Shown here: positions 50,240-62,210 of the stretch, piece after piece | Layout: the number at the start of each line of letters is the position of its first letter | How positions within the stretch are numbered: the first letter of the stretch is position 1 | Origin: Octopus sinensis | Taxonomy: Eukaryota | Length of the DNA stretch: 64,000 nt | Assembly: GCF_006345805.1 (NCBI RefSeq) | Contig: NW_021832611.1 | Coordinates: 363,925 to 427,924 of the forward strand | Direction of reading: 5' to 3' | Translations under genes and position numbers: made by a program | The notes under the pieces: model-generated | Databases searched by the model: none | What the model was told of the DNA's origin: nothing | The model's input: only the letters and a program-made list of their open reading frames with translations

Positions 50240-50621
50240 ATGATTCATACATTTTGTTCATTTGTTTTTATATCTTAATTTTTGATTGAAGATATATTAA
50301 TTCAAAAATGGGTCTATTAAAGTGGAAATAGAAACATAAGTTTCATTCAATTGGCTCAGAAGCTTTATATAAAACAGAAAATCTTATGTCCGATGCGAAA
50401 ATAGTGTTTCAAAAGCTCAGACTTTGAAAAAAGTTAGCCTTCAAGCGTAGAGTGGATAATCAGGTTAACGACTTAGAGACAAACTTGAATGAGACAATCA
50501 GCGCTCTGATCGAACAAAGAATAAAGTTTTTCAATAATAATAGATAATTCTGGGTTTTGGAAACTGCAAAAACTGTGAAAAGACTATGTTTTGTCTCATA
50601 ACAAGACCGTTTCTTTAACTA

Positions 50622-52152
50622 CAGTAAAACCTCTGGTGCTCGCCACATATTTTTCAAAAAATTAAAAATTTCTAGTAAATTTTGATAAATATTCTATTGC
50701 TCGCCATTTTCTAAATCTCACCATTAATTTTTAAAAATATTTTTTTGGTTAAACTATTTTTTACATAAAATATTTCAACCACTGTTGCCGGCGTCACTCG
50801 TCAATCCGGGTTGCATGTAATATGCATGGAACCTTCCGCCGAAATGATAACAGTAAGATATGAACCCAGGAGTTTCGGAAAACTACTAAGTTCTTCAAGC
50901 ACTGCGGAACCGGATGTCTACTTCAGCCAAACTCGAAAAGAAAAATTAGATGGAGCAGAGATACATGTCTTCGTTCGGGACGTCTTCCTCTGGATTAGTT
51001 AGTTTCCTAATAACATATTCTCTCTCTGTCTTGATCTTATGTGGCTGGCCCAAGCGAGATGTTAACATTCCGTTCTCATCTTGCGGCAGGGCTTCTTGTT
51101 GTTGTTGTTTCAACCACGCTAAATTCAACATGCGTAAGTGCACAAGATTGTCTTTTAATGAAAAACGTCGCATTATTGCGTACATGGAAAAGAACAAAAG
51201 TCTCACGATGGACCGTATAGCTTACATTTTTTCTTCTGTTTTGAAGAAAAAAATATCTCGAAGGGCTGTGAACGATTTAAGACTTGGAAAAGAGAAAATA
51301 ATGTCTACTGATCCCATTTTCTCCAATAAGAAGAGATTATCTAACTTAACTTATTCTGTTATTGACACCGAACTATTAACTTGGATGGAATTCTTCAAAA
51401 GACATTTTAATAAACTTAAATTTGAGTTTATGTTAGAAAAAATTGAAAATGGAGAAAATCCACTGGAAGCTCATAAAAAATTAACCTTAAAAGACGGTCT
51501 TCTTTTTACATATTTTGCCTGGAAAAAAAGTAACGACCAAAACAATTACAAAGTGTTTCGGACATTCAAAATGGATCGAATGTGAAAATCAACTCGAAAG
51601 ACAAACTGTTGAAATTGATAATTATGATCAAATGGTAAATATCTTGAAAATATTGGACCCGGTGGATAAAGATGATTTTATTAATCATGAATTTACCGAA
51701 ATAGATGAAATTGAAGATTACCTTAATATTGCTGGAGATTCTTTCCCACAAAAATATGACGATGAAGATATTCATAATGACGAATCTCATGTAAATTCAA
51801 AAGAGGCTTTGAAAATGTTGAAAAGAATAAAGTCATTCTTTTATCAAAATGAAAATTTTGATATAAATTCGTTGGAACTAATCGACACAGTTATTAGAAA
51901 TATGGCTGAATTAAAAAAAACTATTAAAGATTTTTTTAGTTAATTTTTTCCTTTTAATTTCTTTCGATTCTCTTTGTTTATTTGCTCAGATATGACTTGG
52001 AAGGATCACTTATGATCGGAAGTATCGAAAACCGAGATGTTTTCAAAATTTCAAAGTCAAAAAATTTATTGATTATTTCCATTGCTCGCCAAATTCTATT
52101 GCTCGCAATTTTTCTTCGGTCCCGAAAATGGCGAGCACCAGAGGTTTTACTG
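50622..52152 (+). mobile_element. Internally deleted Tigger/pogo element (DDE core missing)
   Basis: Perfect 24-bp TIR CAGTAAAACCTCTGGTGCTCGCCA with TA flanks. MRKCTRLSFNEK N-terminus and EALKMLKRIK C-terminus are homologous to the 43776 transposase. Confidence 0.92.
50783..51107 (+). mobile_element. 325-bp retroposed insertion (SINE or truncated LINE) with (TTG)n tail and 10-bp TSD
   Basis: TTTCAACCAC at 50773-50782 and 51108-51117. 3' stem GCGAGATG/CATCTTGC precedes CTTGTTGTTGTTG. Confidence 0.8.
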
Positions 52153-52309
52153 TACATAACTTGTTTTCGTTCTCACGATTTCGTGCTAAATAAAATATTT
52201 AATTTGATTAACTAAAAATTAGTACTTAAAAAGTGTAAAACAACTTTTTGTATGATAAAGGAGTATTTGTAGATCGAGCCAATAACTCTTTGTTTTAATT
52301 AGTCTAGAC

Positions 52310-53682
52310 CAGCGGTTCTCAAATGCGGCCCCCAGGATTTTTTTGCGGCCCCTCTAGAGTAATTAACTTTATTAATTTTTTAATAATGTTAAAATTTAAT
52401 TATTTTTTCTTTATTTTACGATGAAAGATGGATTGCCGATTTGGCTTTTTATGTTGATTTAACCACGCATTTGTCGAATCTCAATGTTGAATTACAAGGA
52501 AAAGGAAAAATCTGTTATCAGTTATATGGATATATTTCTTCGTTTATCGAAAAATTATATTTAGTGTTGACTTCACTTAAATACGGAGATATACATCTCA
52601 TTTTTATTCACTATCTGAAAACAACGAAGGCGCTGATTATGAAAAATACATATCCATAATTGGTGATTTAATTAATCAATTTGAAGCACGTTTTGGGGTA
52701 CATTTATATAAATTTAATTTTTAGAATTTTAAAGAATTCTTTTCTTTAATGAAAATATTCGCAACTCCATTCAGCGTGGAAATTAAGGATGCGCCTGCAA
52801 AGTTTCAACTAGAACTCATTAATTTACAACATGATATATAGAACTGGCGGCATTGTTCAAATTATTAATTTTTACGAATTAATTCCTCAAGACAAATTCA
52901 AATTTAGATTAAATTATTCCAAAATATAACACAAAATGCATATATGAATATATCAATGTTTGGATCTACATATTTATGCGAATCAATATTTAGTAAAATG
53001 ATTCGGCAAACCCTTGTTCGGCTGCAAACCACGCCGAAAAGATCAAAATACACAAATATTCTTCGCTCGCGGACCGCTACCGCGTTACGGCAATCGCCCT
53101 GGAGACCGCTGGAGTTGCAGGAAAGAAGACTGACTCGTTCCTCAAAGAGGTCGGGCAGTTTATCGGGAGGAGGCTCAAGGACTCGAGAGAGAGCCTCTGG
53201 TTCCGTCGCCGCTGGAACTTAACGATTTTCGGTGTTAATTGTTAGTTGTTTAATTTAATTAATTAAATTGTAAAATGATTCGAATAAAAAATAAATATCG
53301 TAACAAACTCACGGATAATCACTTGAGTCAGCTTTTACGAACTTCTTCGACTTTACTTATTCCGGATTTCAAAAACTTAATAAACAAATAATACTTTCTT
53401 TTTAGTTACAACGCCTTTTGTAAATTTTTTAGCTTGTATTTCTTTATAAAGGAAATGGAAATTCAAAAAAGAAGAAAAAGAGTCCAAAAACTCATTACGC
53501 ATCAGCAGTGGATTCGGATTGCAAGCGAGTTACCGGCAGTGGCTTCGGACTCATTACTTCGGATTGCAAGCGAGTTACCGGCTTGGAAAATATAAAAATA
53601 TATAAAATATTTTTTGTGCGGCCCGCGAAGCTAATCTTAATTATCGATTTGGCCCTTGAGCTAAAAAGGTTGAGAGCCCCTG
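52310..53682 (+). mobile_element. Internally deleted hAT (Buster/SPIN-like) transposon
   Basis: 8-bp TSD GTCTAGAC (52302-9, 53683-90) with central TA; TIR CAG(C/G)GG(T/C)TCTCAA; DLAFYVDLTTHLSNLNVELQG and SMFGSTYLCESIFSKM. Confidence 0.93.
53006..53269 (+). mobile_element. 264-bp CRE-like 3' end inserted in the hAT with 13-bp TSD
   Basis: GTAAAATGATTCG at 52993-53005 and 53270-53282. Insert reads RYRVTAIALETAGVAG..FLKEVG. The hAT frame resumes as SKMIRIKNKYRNKLTD. Confidence 0.9.
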
Positions 53683-56091
53683 GTCTAGACATTTCTCCTT
53701 CACTCATACCCTTAAAGGCTTGAAATTTTTGTTTTGAAGATTTTTTTAGCAATCAATCTTCTTTTTACTAAGTCTCATTGAATTTAATGAAACTAAGACT
53801 AAATGACACAACTTATTGAGTGTGATTAAAACAATACAAATGTATATAGCTTTTGATCACTCCGTTAACTATCTATCATCGTACATACCCTGTCACTATT
53901 TGTGAGACACTATTTGTAGGAGCACCTTCTCGGCGTCATCACGTGGGGAGTTATCTCCTGGCCACGCAGCAAACAAAGCGAAGCGTACGAAAATCAATAA
54001 ATTCTAAACTCGCTCAGATCGCGGCATTTTCTATTCCCGTCTAATTAAAATTAACTGTATTAATATTAATTTTATTAAGAAATAGATCATCCTCATTAAC
54101 TACTGAAAAAATAGCATCATATTTCTATAATTCTAAGCGTAGTGTGCATCCTCCATCCTTTCTTGTTGAATTCCAGAAATCTTATTGATTTCAGATCGGT
54201 TTCCAGGACTTTGTGTAGTGAAAAAAGTAGACAACCAAACGTTTAGGTAAAGCATTTAATTTTTACTTTTTTTAAAGATTTTTGGTTCTTCTGTAAAATA
54301 TAACAAAACAATTTCATTATTCACATAAATAACTCTTAGGTTTTTTTTGTTATTTGAAAAAATATTTATTTTGCTTCAAGGGAAGCATTTTATAAAAAGA
54401 AATCTCTTTAAGCAAATGCGCATTAACAGGACAAATAATCTTGGCTGTTTTCCAAATCACAACTATAATGATTTCCCATTCATTGAAATCAGTCTGCTGA
54501 TTTCATATCTTGCAGTAACTGCTGCAATAATTCGACTGTGATTTTTGTAAAGTAAGCACGTGAAAAAGTAAAATTATTTCTTAATTTATTTAGCTTTGAA
54601 ACACGCATTGGACCTTTTGGTCAATAAACAACTTAGTACTTTCGAAATAATCGTATGATCTATGATTTAAATTGTAATACCTTTTATATACCTTTGGTAT
54701 AACAATTAACTTTTTTAGATTCTAAACAAATTAAAAAAATTAATTATTATTATGGATTTCCGTAATCTATTATTGATTTTTAGATTTAATTATAATTAAA
54801 TTTGAGAAAATCGAAAGAAAGGATTCAACGTCTACAAATTTATTTGTTTGAATTTCCTCGTGAAATTTACGTATTTTGAACCCATCTTCTGAATTTATCA
54901 GGAATCCGTTAGAATTTCTGAAATTACTGAGTTATGACTCATACGCAAAAAATGCTGCCTTAATAGATATTAAAGGATCATTCACAAAACCACCTAAAAA
55001 TTAGTTTTTCGGAAAATACCCTTAGATTCTATTACCTCCATCTATTCAATCAACCTCTTTTCAAACTCCTAGAACTTAAATTCAAAATTGTAGCCAATTA
55101 AAAATTTAATAAATTAATTAAAAGAATATGATTTTTTCTATGAAAATGTTTCAAAATTTGGCCAATTAGTTCCACGTGAATCATAGTGGCTCTTGCAAAG
55201 AAATTCGATTGTCATTATTCGCGGGAAAAGTAGAGCAATTCCTTTCCCCACAAATGATTCGTTCTTTACTTTTGTTTTATTCCTTTGAAAAATTAATTTT
55301 TTTATCTTAATTTCAATACTGCAAAATTTATTTGTATTTACAGAAAAAAATTTCCCGAAAAAAACTCAAAAACGTTTTTCTTTTAAAGCTAAATATTAAA
55401 GTTTTTGTAATTCATTAAATTTATACCTTCCTACAGATTTGGGTCTTTCAGTAGAATATGACAAAACAATTTCATTATGCACATAAATGATTCTTTCCTT
55501 TCTTTTGTAATGTAAAAATATTATCTAAATAAATTTTCTAACAAATTGGTTTCCTATAATCTGTATTATAGTTACCCGTAATCTATTATTACTCGTATTG
55601 ATTATTAGATTTGAAGTATTTTACAAGACGCTTTTATTCGATTCGTTAACATAAAAAATATAAATGAGTTTGCTGGTTTAATCGATAAAAATAAACGCGA
55701 AACTAATGATTTTTAGAGAATAGAGAATAGAATAGTGTTTATTGAGCGAAAAGAAAAAGAAAAACAAGAAAGAAATCATCGGCGGGGAGATAAAAACAAG
55801 GCACCGAAGTGTCTCTTTCAATGCGTATCCCCAATACTAGTCATGTTTGACGACAATTCTCCAAGACCATCCGGATCGTGGGCACAGTAAATTAAAAATC
55901 AAATTTATTAAACAATAAAAGTGTTCTGGTGGACAATTTAGTGCTTCACCTTTGAATTAAAAAACTAATTTAAACAATTTTACCAGTTTTTAAATAAAAG
56001 AATATTTTGTATTTATAATTTAAAATTTGTTTTATTTTTAATTTAATTAATTAATAAAACAAATATATTCATACCTTGCTTAGTGTACTTT

Positions 56092-58017
56092 ATGAGTTCG
56101 TATGATTCTCGTCGTGGACCTAACTATCCCAAAAAAAGACAATTTAACAATTCAGATCACGATCTAGTGAATAGATCGCATTTTAATAAACCTCAAATCG
56201 GGACATACACCTCTTTAATTTTCACTAATCTTCCTAACATGCACGACGATGATATTTATGAACAACTTTACGACAAATACATACATTATCGGTACTTCAA
56301 TATTCAAATAACTTCTCAACGTGGACAAACTGCGGCTTATGTGAATTTTGAGGATACTCGGACGGCGGAAACTGCCTATAGAGAGACAATCCGCTCAATT
56401 TGTCTATTTGATGGTCATGTTGAAGTGACTCCAGTTGTACGCGGACAAAGGATTCAGCCAATCAAGGTTCGTGGAAGAGAAGAAATCAAAAAGCGGACAA
56501 TTCCCCGCCCTCAAAGAAGTGGTCAAGCACATGTCAATGATCAATGTCGTGTTCTCTTCGTCGGAAATCTGAATCCAAAGGTCGAAGAAGAAGACATTTC
56601 ATCAGTTTTTTCAAAGTACGGACATGTCGAGGCAATTCAATTCCGTGGTAATGAAGACGGTATTTACTGTTTTGTGACATTTGCTGATATGAACATGGCT
56701 GAAGTGGCAAAGAGGAATACCCATGGACTTAGATTCGGAAAATATAACTGCCTAATTGGATATGGCAGACCAATTCCTTCACTGTGTATATATGTCGGTC
56801 TTGTTCCTGATAAAGACGAAGTTTATCCACTTTTTGAACCTTTTGGATTAATCCGGAAAGATTTTTGGCCAGTGGGGGCTGACTTTGGCTATTTTATGTA
56901 CGATCAAATTTCTAGCGCTGTGGATGCCTTTAAAAAAATGAAGGGATACGTACTTCCTTCCACTGGAGTGGCTATTCAAGTGGATTATGCAAAAGAATCT
57001 CACATGAATCAATCTTTTGCCGACCTCATTATCAAAAGCAGATCATTTCAAAAGACTACTCCGAAAAAATCTATTAAAAGTAGATTCTCATCAGATTTGT
57101 CATCATCGAATAATATTCGAACCGAAGTTGAGAATGATAACTTTATTAATGTTGATGAAAAACAGACCAGTAATCGAAAAAAATTCGATCCTCCATTTTT
57201 TAACGTCGTTGACAGTGTTGGCGATGAAGGTGAAATTAGTTATCTTAAATATTCCAAAAAACGGGCATTTTTTCAAGAAAACGAGGAGGATGCAGTAGAA
57301 ATACCTCCGGTCAGTCCGATGACTCCAGCAAAAGGAGATGGTGATGAAAATTATTCTTTAAGTTATGTTTCTGATGAAGAAGGAGAATATTTCTCTCCTC
57401 TCAAGACTATGTCTCAAATCAAAGACTCGGAAGATGTCTGGAAAGGAGCATTTATGCTTAAGAGTTCCAACATTCCAGTTTCTTTCCGCTTTGTGCGTGG
57501 TAATTATCAGCTTGTCGACTATTTTTTGTACAAACATACAATATTGACAAATGAAATGAACGGGAAACAAAAAGAACCGGTCTTATTGTCTATTGTACAT
57601 CGATTGAGACTAGATCCAGATAAACTTGGAGAAGTTCAAAACAGGATTGACAACTCTGATGGTGCTTATTGTGTGTTAGTTGCATTTTCTTCTGACTGTT
57701 CTTCTGGGCAGTCCAGTCTCCACAATCTGGTTAATTATTTTGAAGAAAAAAACGCCGCTGCTGTTGTTGTTATTTCAGTGTCTTATTCATTTGGTGGGAC
57801 TGAAAAGAAATCCACGGCCGCTCTTCATGCTTTTCCAAAGTGTGATTTTTCGCGTAAACTCCTCTCGCCTGTTGTTTCTGAGGAATCTTTTAATTCGTTC
57901 GAAGACGATTTTTTGACTGTTGTTATTGTTGGAACTGGTATGGGAGATTTACCCTCCACAATTCTTGCTGCTCCATCAAAATCTGGATCAAGCTCATTCG
58001 AGAAGTCAATCTTTTAG
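56092..58017 (+). CDS. RBM15: RBM15/spenito-like protein (3 RRM + SPOC), apparently a single exon
   Basis: RRM2 RVLFVGNL..IGYGRPIP..IYVG. SPOC WKGAFMLKSS, HRLRLDPDKL.EV, NLVNYFEEKNAA, LHAFPKCDFS, DFLTVVIV. Confidence 0.9.
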   Translation: MSSYDSRRGPNYPKKRQFNNSDHDLVNRSHFNKPQIGTYTSLIFTNLPNMHDDDIYEQLYDKYIHYRYFNIQITSQRGQTAAYVNFEDTRTAETAYRETIRSICLFDGHVEVTPVVRGQRIQPIKVRGREEIKKRTIPRPQRSGQAHVNDQCRVLFVGNLNPKVEEEDISSVFSKYGHVEAIQFRGNEDGIYCFVTFADMNMAEVAKRNTHGLRFGKYNCLIGYGRPIPSLCIYVGLVPDKDEVYPLFEPFGLIRKDFWPVGADFGYFMYDQISSAVDAFKKMKGYVLPSTGVAIQVDYAKESHMNQSFADLIIKSRSFQKTTPKKSIKSRFSSDLSSSNNIRTEVENDNFINVDEKQTSNRKKFDPPFFNVVDSVGDEGEISYLKYSKKRAFFQENEEDAVEIPPVSPMTPAKGDGDENYSLSYVSDEEGEYFSPLKTMSQIKDSEDVWKGAFMLKSSNIPVSFRFVRGNYQLVDYFLYKHTILTNEMNGKQKEPVLLSIVHRLRLDPDKLGEVQNRIDNSDGAYCVLVAFSSDCSSGQSSLHNLVNYFEEKNAAAVVVISVSYSFGGTEKKSTAALHAFPKCDFSRKLLSPVVSEESFNSFEDDFLTVVIVGTGMGDLPSTILAAPSKSGSSSFEKSIF

Positions 58018-59499
58018 GTATTATATTTTATTTAATATATTTTAGTTTGTATGATATCCTTAAACAATTAATTTAGTAATTTTGTCGTTTTTGAATTTAT
58101 CTTTTTTCTATTGATTACTTGAATGATTGTTCATTCCTGTTTTACTTATTGACTTGTATTTTATATCATCATAATTTTGTGATCATCACCATTGAATTAA
58201 TTTGAACTTCATAAATTATGTCCACTTTAGTCAAAATTCTTTTATTTATGAATTCCATACCAAATAACTGATTACATTTTATATTGATGAGATATATCAA
58301 GTTGAGTCAGATTGATAATTCATTTTGTCTCAAAATTGAATACTGTGAGTTTAAATTAGTTTTTATAATTTTATTAGTATGTTGAAATTGTAGATTGAAG
58401 GTTCTAAATAATTTTTGTATAAAAAGGCATTTATTATTTTTTTAAATGATAATTTTTTGAACAGAAAAAGATTTTTTGCCATCGTCATACCCTGGATTCC
58501 GAATATTCCCGTGGTGATCAAAGTGGTTGAATTTTTATGTGTATTTTATTAAATACAAATATTGCTTTTTAAAGAATATTCTGTAGATTTGCACGCTATT
58601 TCAGCTGTTTTTTGACCACTCTTTCGATATAATTTTGAAAGAATTTAATAATTTTATAATGTTAGATTTCTGATCTACTTATCTTAATGATTCATCAATT
58701 TTAAAACAAATCTAAAACTGCTACAGTAGCGTGCAAATGTTCCCGACCACCCAATTATTTTTCAATTCTATATATTTGGCACCTACGGCTTGACGTTCTT
58801 AGACAAATTTGTATATTAAATGAATAAATAACTTTTGTACTATTTATTTTTACATAACATTTTACAATATTGAATTTTTAGCTTCGGACCAGTGATTAAC
58901 AGCATCAAAAAACAACATTATTCAATGCAAATATCTTATTTAGAAAACAATTAATAATTAATTCCATCTCATTTATTCTTTTATAGAACTCAATTAAAGT
59001 CTATGTGAAACCGATAAAAACTGTTTAGAAGGGTCGGTTAATTTAAGATATTGATTAAAGGACCAGGGTAAACCAGTTAATTATAATTTCCGTGATCATT
59101 TTGCAAGCGTCGGAGATCCTTCTGAAAGGCTCACTATATTTAATGTTGACAAATTGTTAGACAATTTACGACAATAGTTATATTTTCTCTGTATGGATGT
59201 TCAAATTTTGTAAATGCAGAGGAAGATTTGTCCAATATTTTTTTCTGAATATGAACCTTTTAGCTAATTATAAAAGAAATACAATTTGACGTTGAATCAA
59301 ATCAAATTTTCCGCAATTATCAATATAAAAATCAAGTATTGCTCGACATCTTGATTTAAGTTTGTATGAATTAAAGAAATTAAAGTTTGATCCTGAAAAA
59401 GCTCTTTAAAAAATTAACAAAATCAAGAGAAAGGAATTTGTTTAAAAATCGGAAAACAAACCAATTCGCTTTAAGGATGAATCAAACTTTAAACTCCAT

Positions 59500-60050
59500 A
59501 TCAGCAGGACAGAATGAAGATCACTAAAAGGAACAAGATGCACTATCCTAGCTGCTGCATCTAAAGGGTCATGCATACAATTGGATGCATCTCTAGGACT
59601 CATTTACTATAAAATCTGATGGGAAGCTTTTAAATAAACAGACTTGTCATTAGATGAAAATTTGTTTGAGAAAAGCACAGATTAAAGATGGTGGTCCAGT
59701 AATTATTGTGTTGGACAATGCACCAGCCCACAATTGTATTGAAGGAGTTCTTCGATTGGAAGAATTTAATGACTTTTATATTCTTTGTATCGGTTCGTAC
59801 AGTCCAATGCTTAACCCCATCGAAAATTTATGGTCAAAAGTAAAAGCTCATCTAAAAAAGAGACATCTTTTCTTTAAAAACCAAATTTTATTTCAACAAA
59901 AACGGTTGTAAATTGGAGAGTATTGAACACGGATGCTTGAAAAAAATTGTAGATAGAATAAAAACAATTACATTTAAAGATTGTGAAAGCTTTATTTCTG
60001 TAATACAGAGAAATATTGCTGACACAATAAATATGGTTAACATTAAATTT
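59500..60050 (+). mobile_element. Tc1/IS630-like DDE_3 transposase remnant
   Basis: VIIVLDNAPAH..SYSPMLNPIENLWSKVKA. Confidence 0.8.
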
Positions 60051-60714
60051 TAAACACATAAATTTTTGGTGTTAATTCTATTTAATAAGCTATTAAATAA
60101 TATTGTTGGGTATTAATTCCATTTAATTTGTTATTGATTCCACTTAGTTGACTCATTTAGTATAGGAAATGGTATAGTGTTTTTCGAAACTTTTATTCAC
60201 TTTCCATTTTTTTTGATACACAGTCAAACCTATCTAATTTACCATTTCTATGATTTGCCAATCTCCTTTTTACCGAAAAAAATTGGAATTTTGTTTCACC
60301 ATATGTGTTTCTATTTTTTATCACTTTTTCAGGCTTATTAAAATTTTTTAGCAATGTTTATTAATTAATTTAGTTAAGTGCTTAATTAATTCATTAATAA
60401 ATTAATCACGTGTTTTTATCTCGTGCTTTGGTAAAACATTATGTTTTTTATAAGTTCATCAAAATACAGGCTATTTCTATTGGAAAAACCATGTCGCTGA
60501 TAATCAACAATTGCTCTAAATCTCTGATTCTAAAAGAAAAAATCGCTATTATTGAATTTTTCCAAAAAAAAAACAAACCTGTAAAAAATACCGAGTTTTC
60601 GAAATATTTTCCTTGTTATTCAAGAAGGAAATCGAACGTCGATCATTAAAAATTATTTTGATAATGAAGTAGAGCTAAAGAAAGCTTTTGCTCTAAATGA
60701 AAATTTGAATTCTA

Positions 60715-61634
60715 CACCTTTTTGGTATCGAATATCTGAACTGGGATGTCAAATATCTGAACCATGATGTCAAACGTCATTATTATGGTTTCTAATATCC
60801 GAACCGTAATTTCAAACGTCATTATTGTTGTTTTAATATTCGAACCGTGATGTCAAACGTCATCATTGTGATTTCAAATATCCAAACTGTGTCGTCAAAC
60901 GTCCGTTCTTATATTTTTTCTTGATATCAAATATCCGAATCGTGATCTCAACAGTACACAATATAAATATCCTTTGATTTTTTCTGCACATCAGTGAAAA
61001 AATGATATTTATTAATGAAATTAATGTTAAGTTGCTAAATATTGTCATCGGGAGTTAAATCGTTCATCTCCATAATACTTGGAAAATGTTTCTGAACATG
61101 ATTGCATGTACATGACCAAATTCTTGGTGTTATTGCATAAATACAAGTGTCTATGCAACTTTCTAAAATTCGTAGCCTGGTTTCTTTTTGGATGGATCCA
61201 TTTTCTGTAATTAACAAATCAGTTGTCGCCATTTTTCTTTTTAGTTCACTCTTAAACACGCTCCAGCATTCCTCTATTGGATTTAATGGTGCACTGTAAG
61301 GTTCCAATCTTGTAATTTTAATATCTCGAAATTCTTCTCTAATCATTTTCTCTAACTGTGAATATGCCGGTGCGTTGTCTATCACAATACAAATTTCTGA
61401 ATATTTTTCATTTATACTTCTGATCATATTTCTGAACCATTGTTGACAATCCTCTTTTTTAAAATGTGCGCGTCTTCGTTCCCAATATATTAATTTGTTC
61501 TCATTAATGGCTCCAATTATATGAATATTTTGTTATTTGACATAACCATCTGGATATTTGACATCATAGTTCGGATATTAGAAACCACAATGACGTTTGA
61601 CATCACCGTTCAAATATTTGATACCAAAAAGGTG
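60715..61634 (-). mobile_element. Non-autonomous Tc1/IS630-like element, 920 bp, with ~42-bp subterminal repeats
   Basis: TIR CACCTTTTTGGTATC(G/A)AATAT with TA flanks; IVIDNAPAY..YSAPLNPIEECWSVFK; ATAT.CGAACC.TGATGTCAAACGTCA repeats at both ends. Confidence 0.9.
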
Positions 61635-61789
61635 TATACCACGAAATCTGAAATTCCAAGCTATTGACTCCAAGTTAAAGGAATGGGTCGATATGGTTGA
61701 AGCCGGCGGTGACTTTTATAATTATGCAATCCTCAGCGAAAAAGAAAAGTCATTATATAAAAATCGGAATGTGTGTTCTAATTCAAATG

Positions 61790-62210
61790 AAGTTGTATGT
61801 AAAGAAGAAGAACTGATGGCGATCCTGTTCCCCCTTACTATTGCTTGGGACACGTTCTGGAGAGAGCCATCTCGTCTCCAGAGGATTGTGTGTTCTCAAG
61901 GTCTTGGGACGTCCAATACACTTGAGGAAGCACAACGACTCCTTCCCAATCGATCCCAGGGTTTCGACAGCAACCGGCCGGAAAACGTAACGATCTGTGA
62001 GCCCATCATATTTCTTCTTCTTGATGTCCTCTGCTTTATCCGCACCTGTGCCAGCATTGACCATAAATTTTCGATGGGGTTAAGCATTGGACTGTACGAA
62101 CCGATACGAAGAATATAAAAGTCATTAAATTCTTCCAATTGAAGAACTCCTTCAATACAATTGTGGGCTGGTGCATTGTCCAACACAATAATTACTGGAC
62201 CACCATCTTT
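61790..62210 (-). mobile_element. Chimera of a Tc1 DDE_3 piece (62060-62210) and a CRE-like 3' piece (61790-62060)
   Basis: The Tc1 part is nearly identical to 59680-59830. The CRE part reads KKYDGLTDRYVFRPVAVETLG. Confidence 0.8.

Noticed and set aside
50783-50840. HDV-like ribozyme at the 5' end of the insert (also checked at 23790-23860)
   Set aside because: Only simple hairpins were found; the nested P1/P1.1/P2/P3 pseudoknot could not be assembled by eye. An RNArobo or Infernal search would be decisive.
54000-56000. Gene upstream of RBM15
   Set aside because: Only short AT-rich ORFs with no coherent exon chain.
60740-60960. CRISPR-like repeat-spacer pattern
   Set aside because: The repeats are degenerate, are mirrored at the other end of a TIR element, and have no cas genes nearby; they are subterminal repeats.
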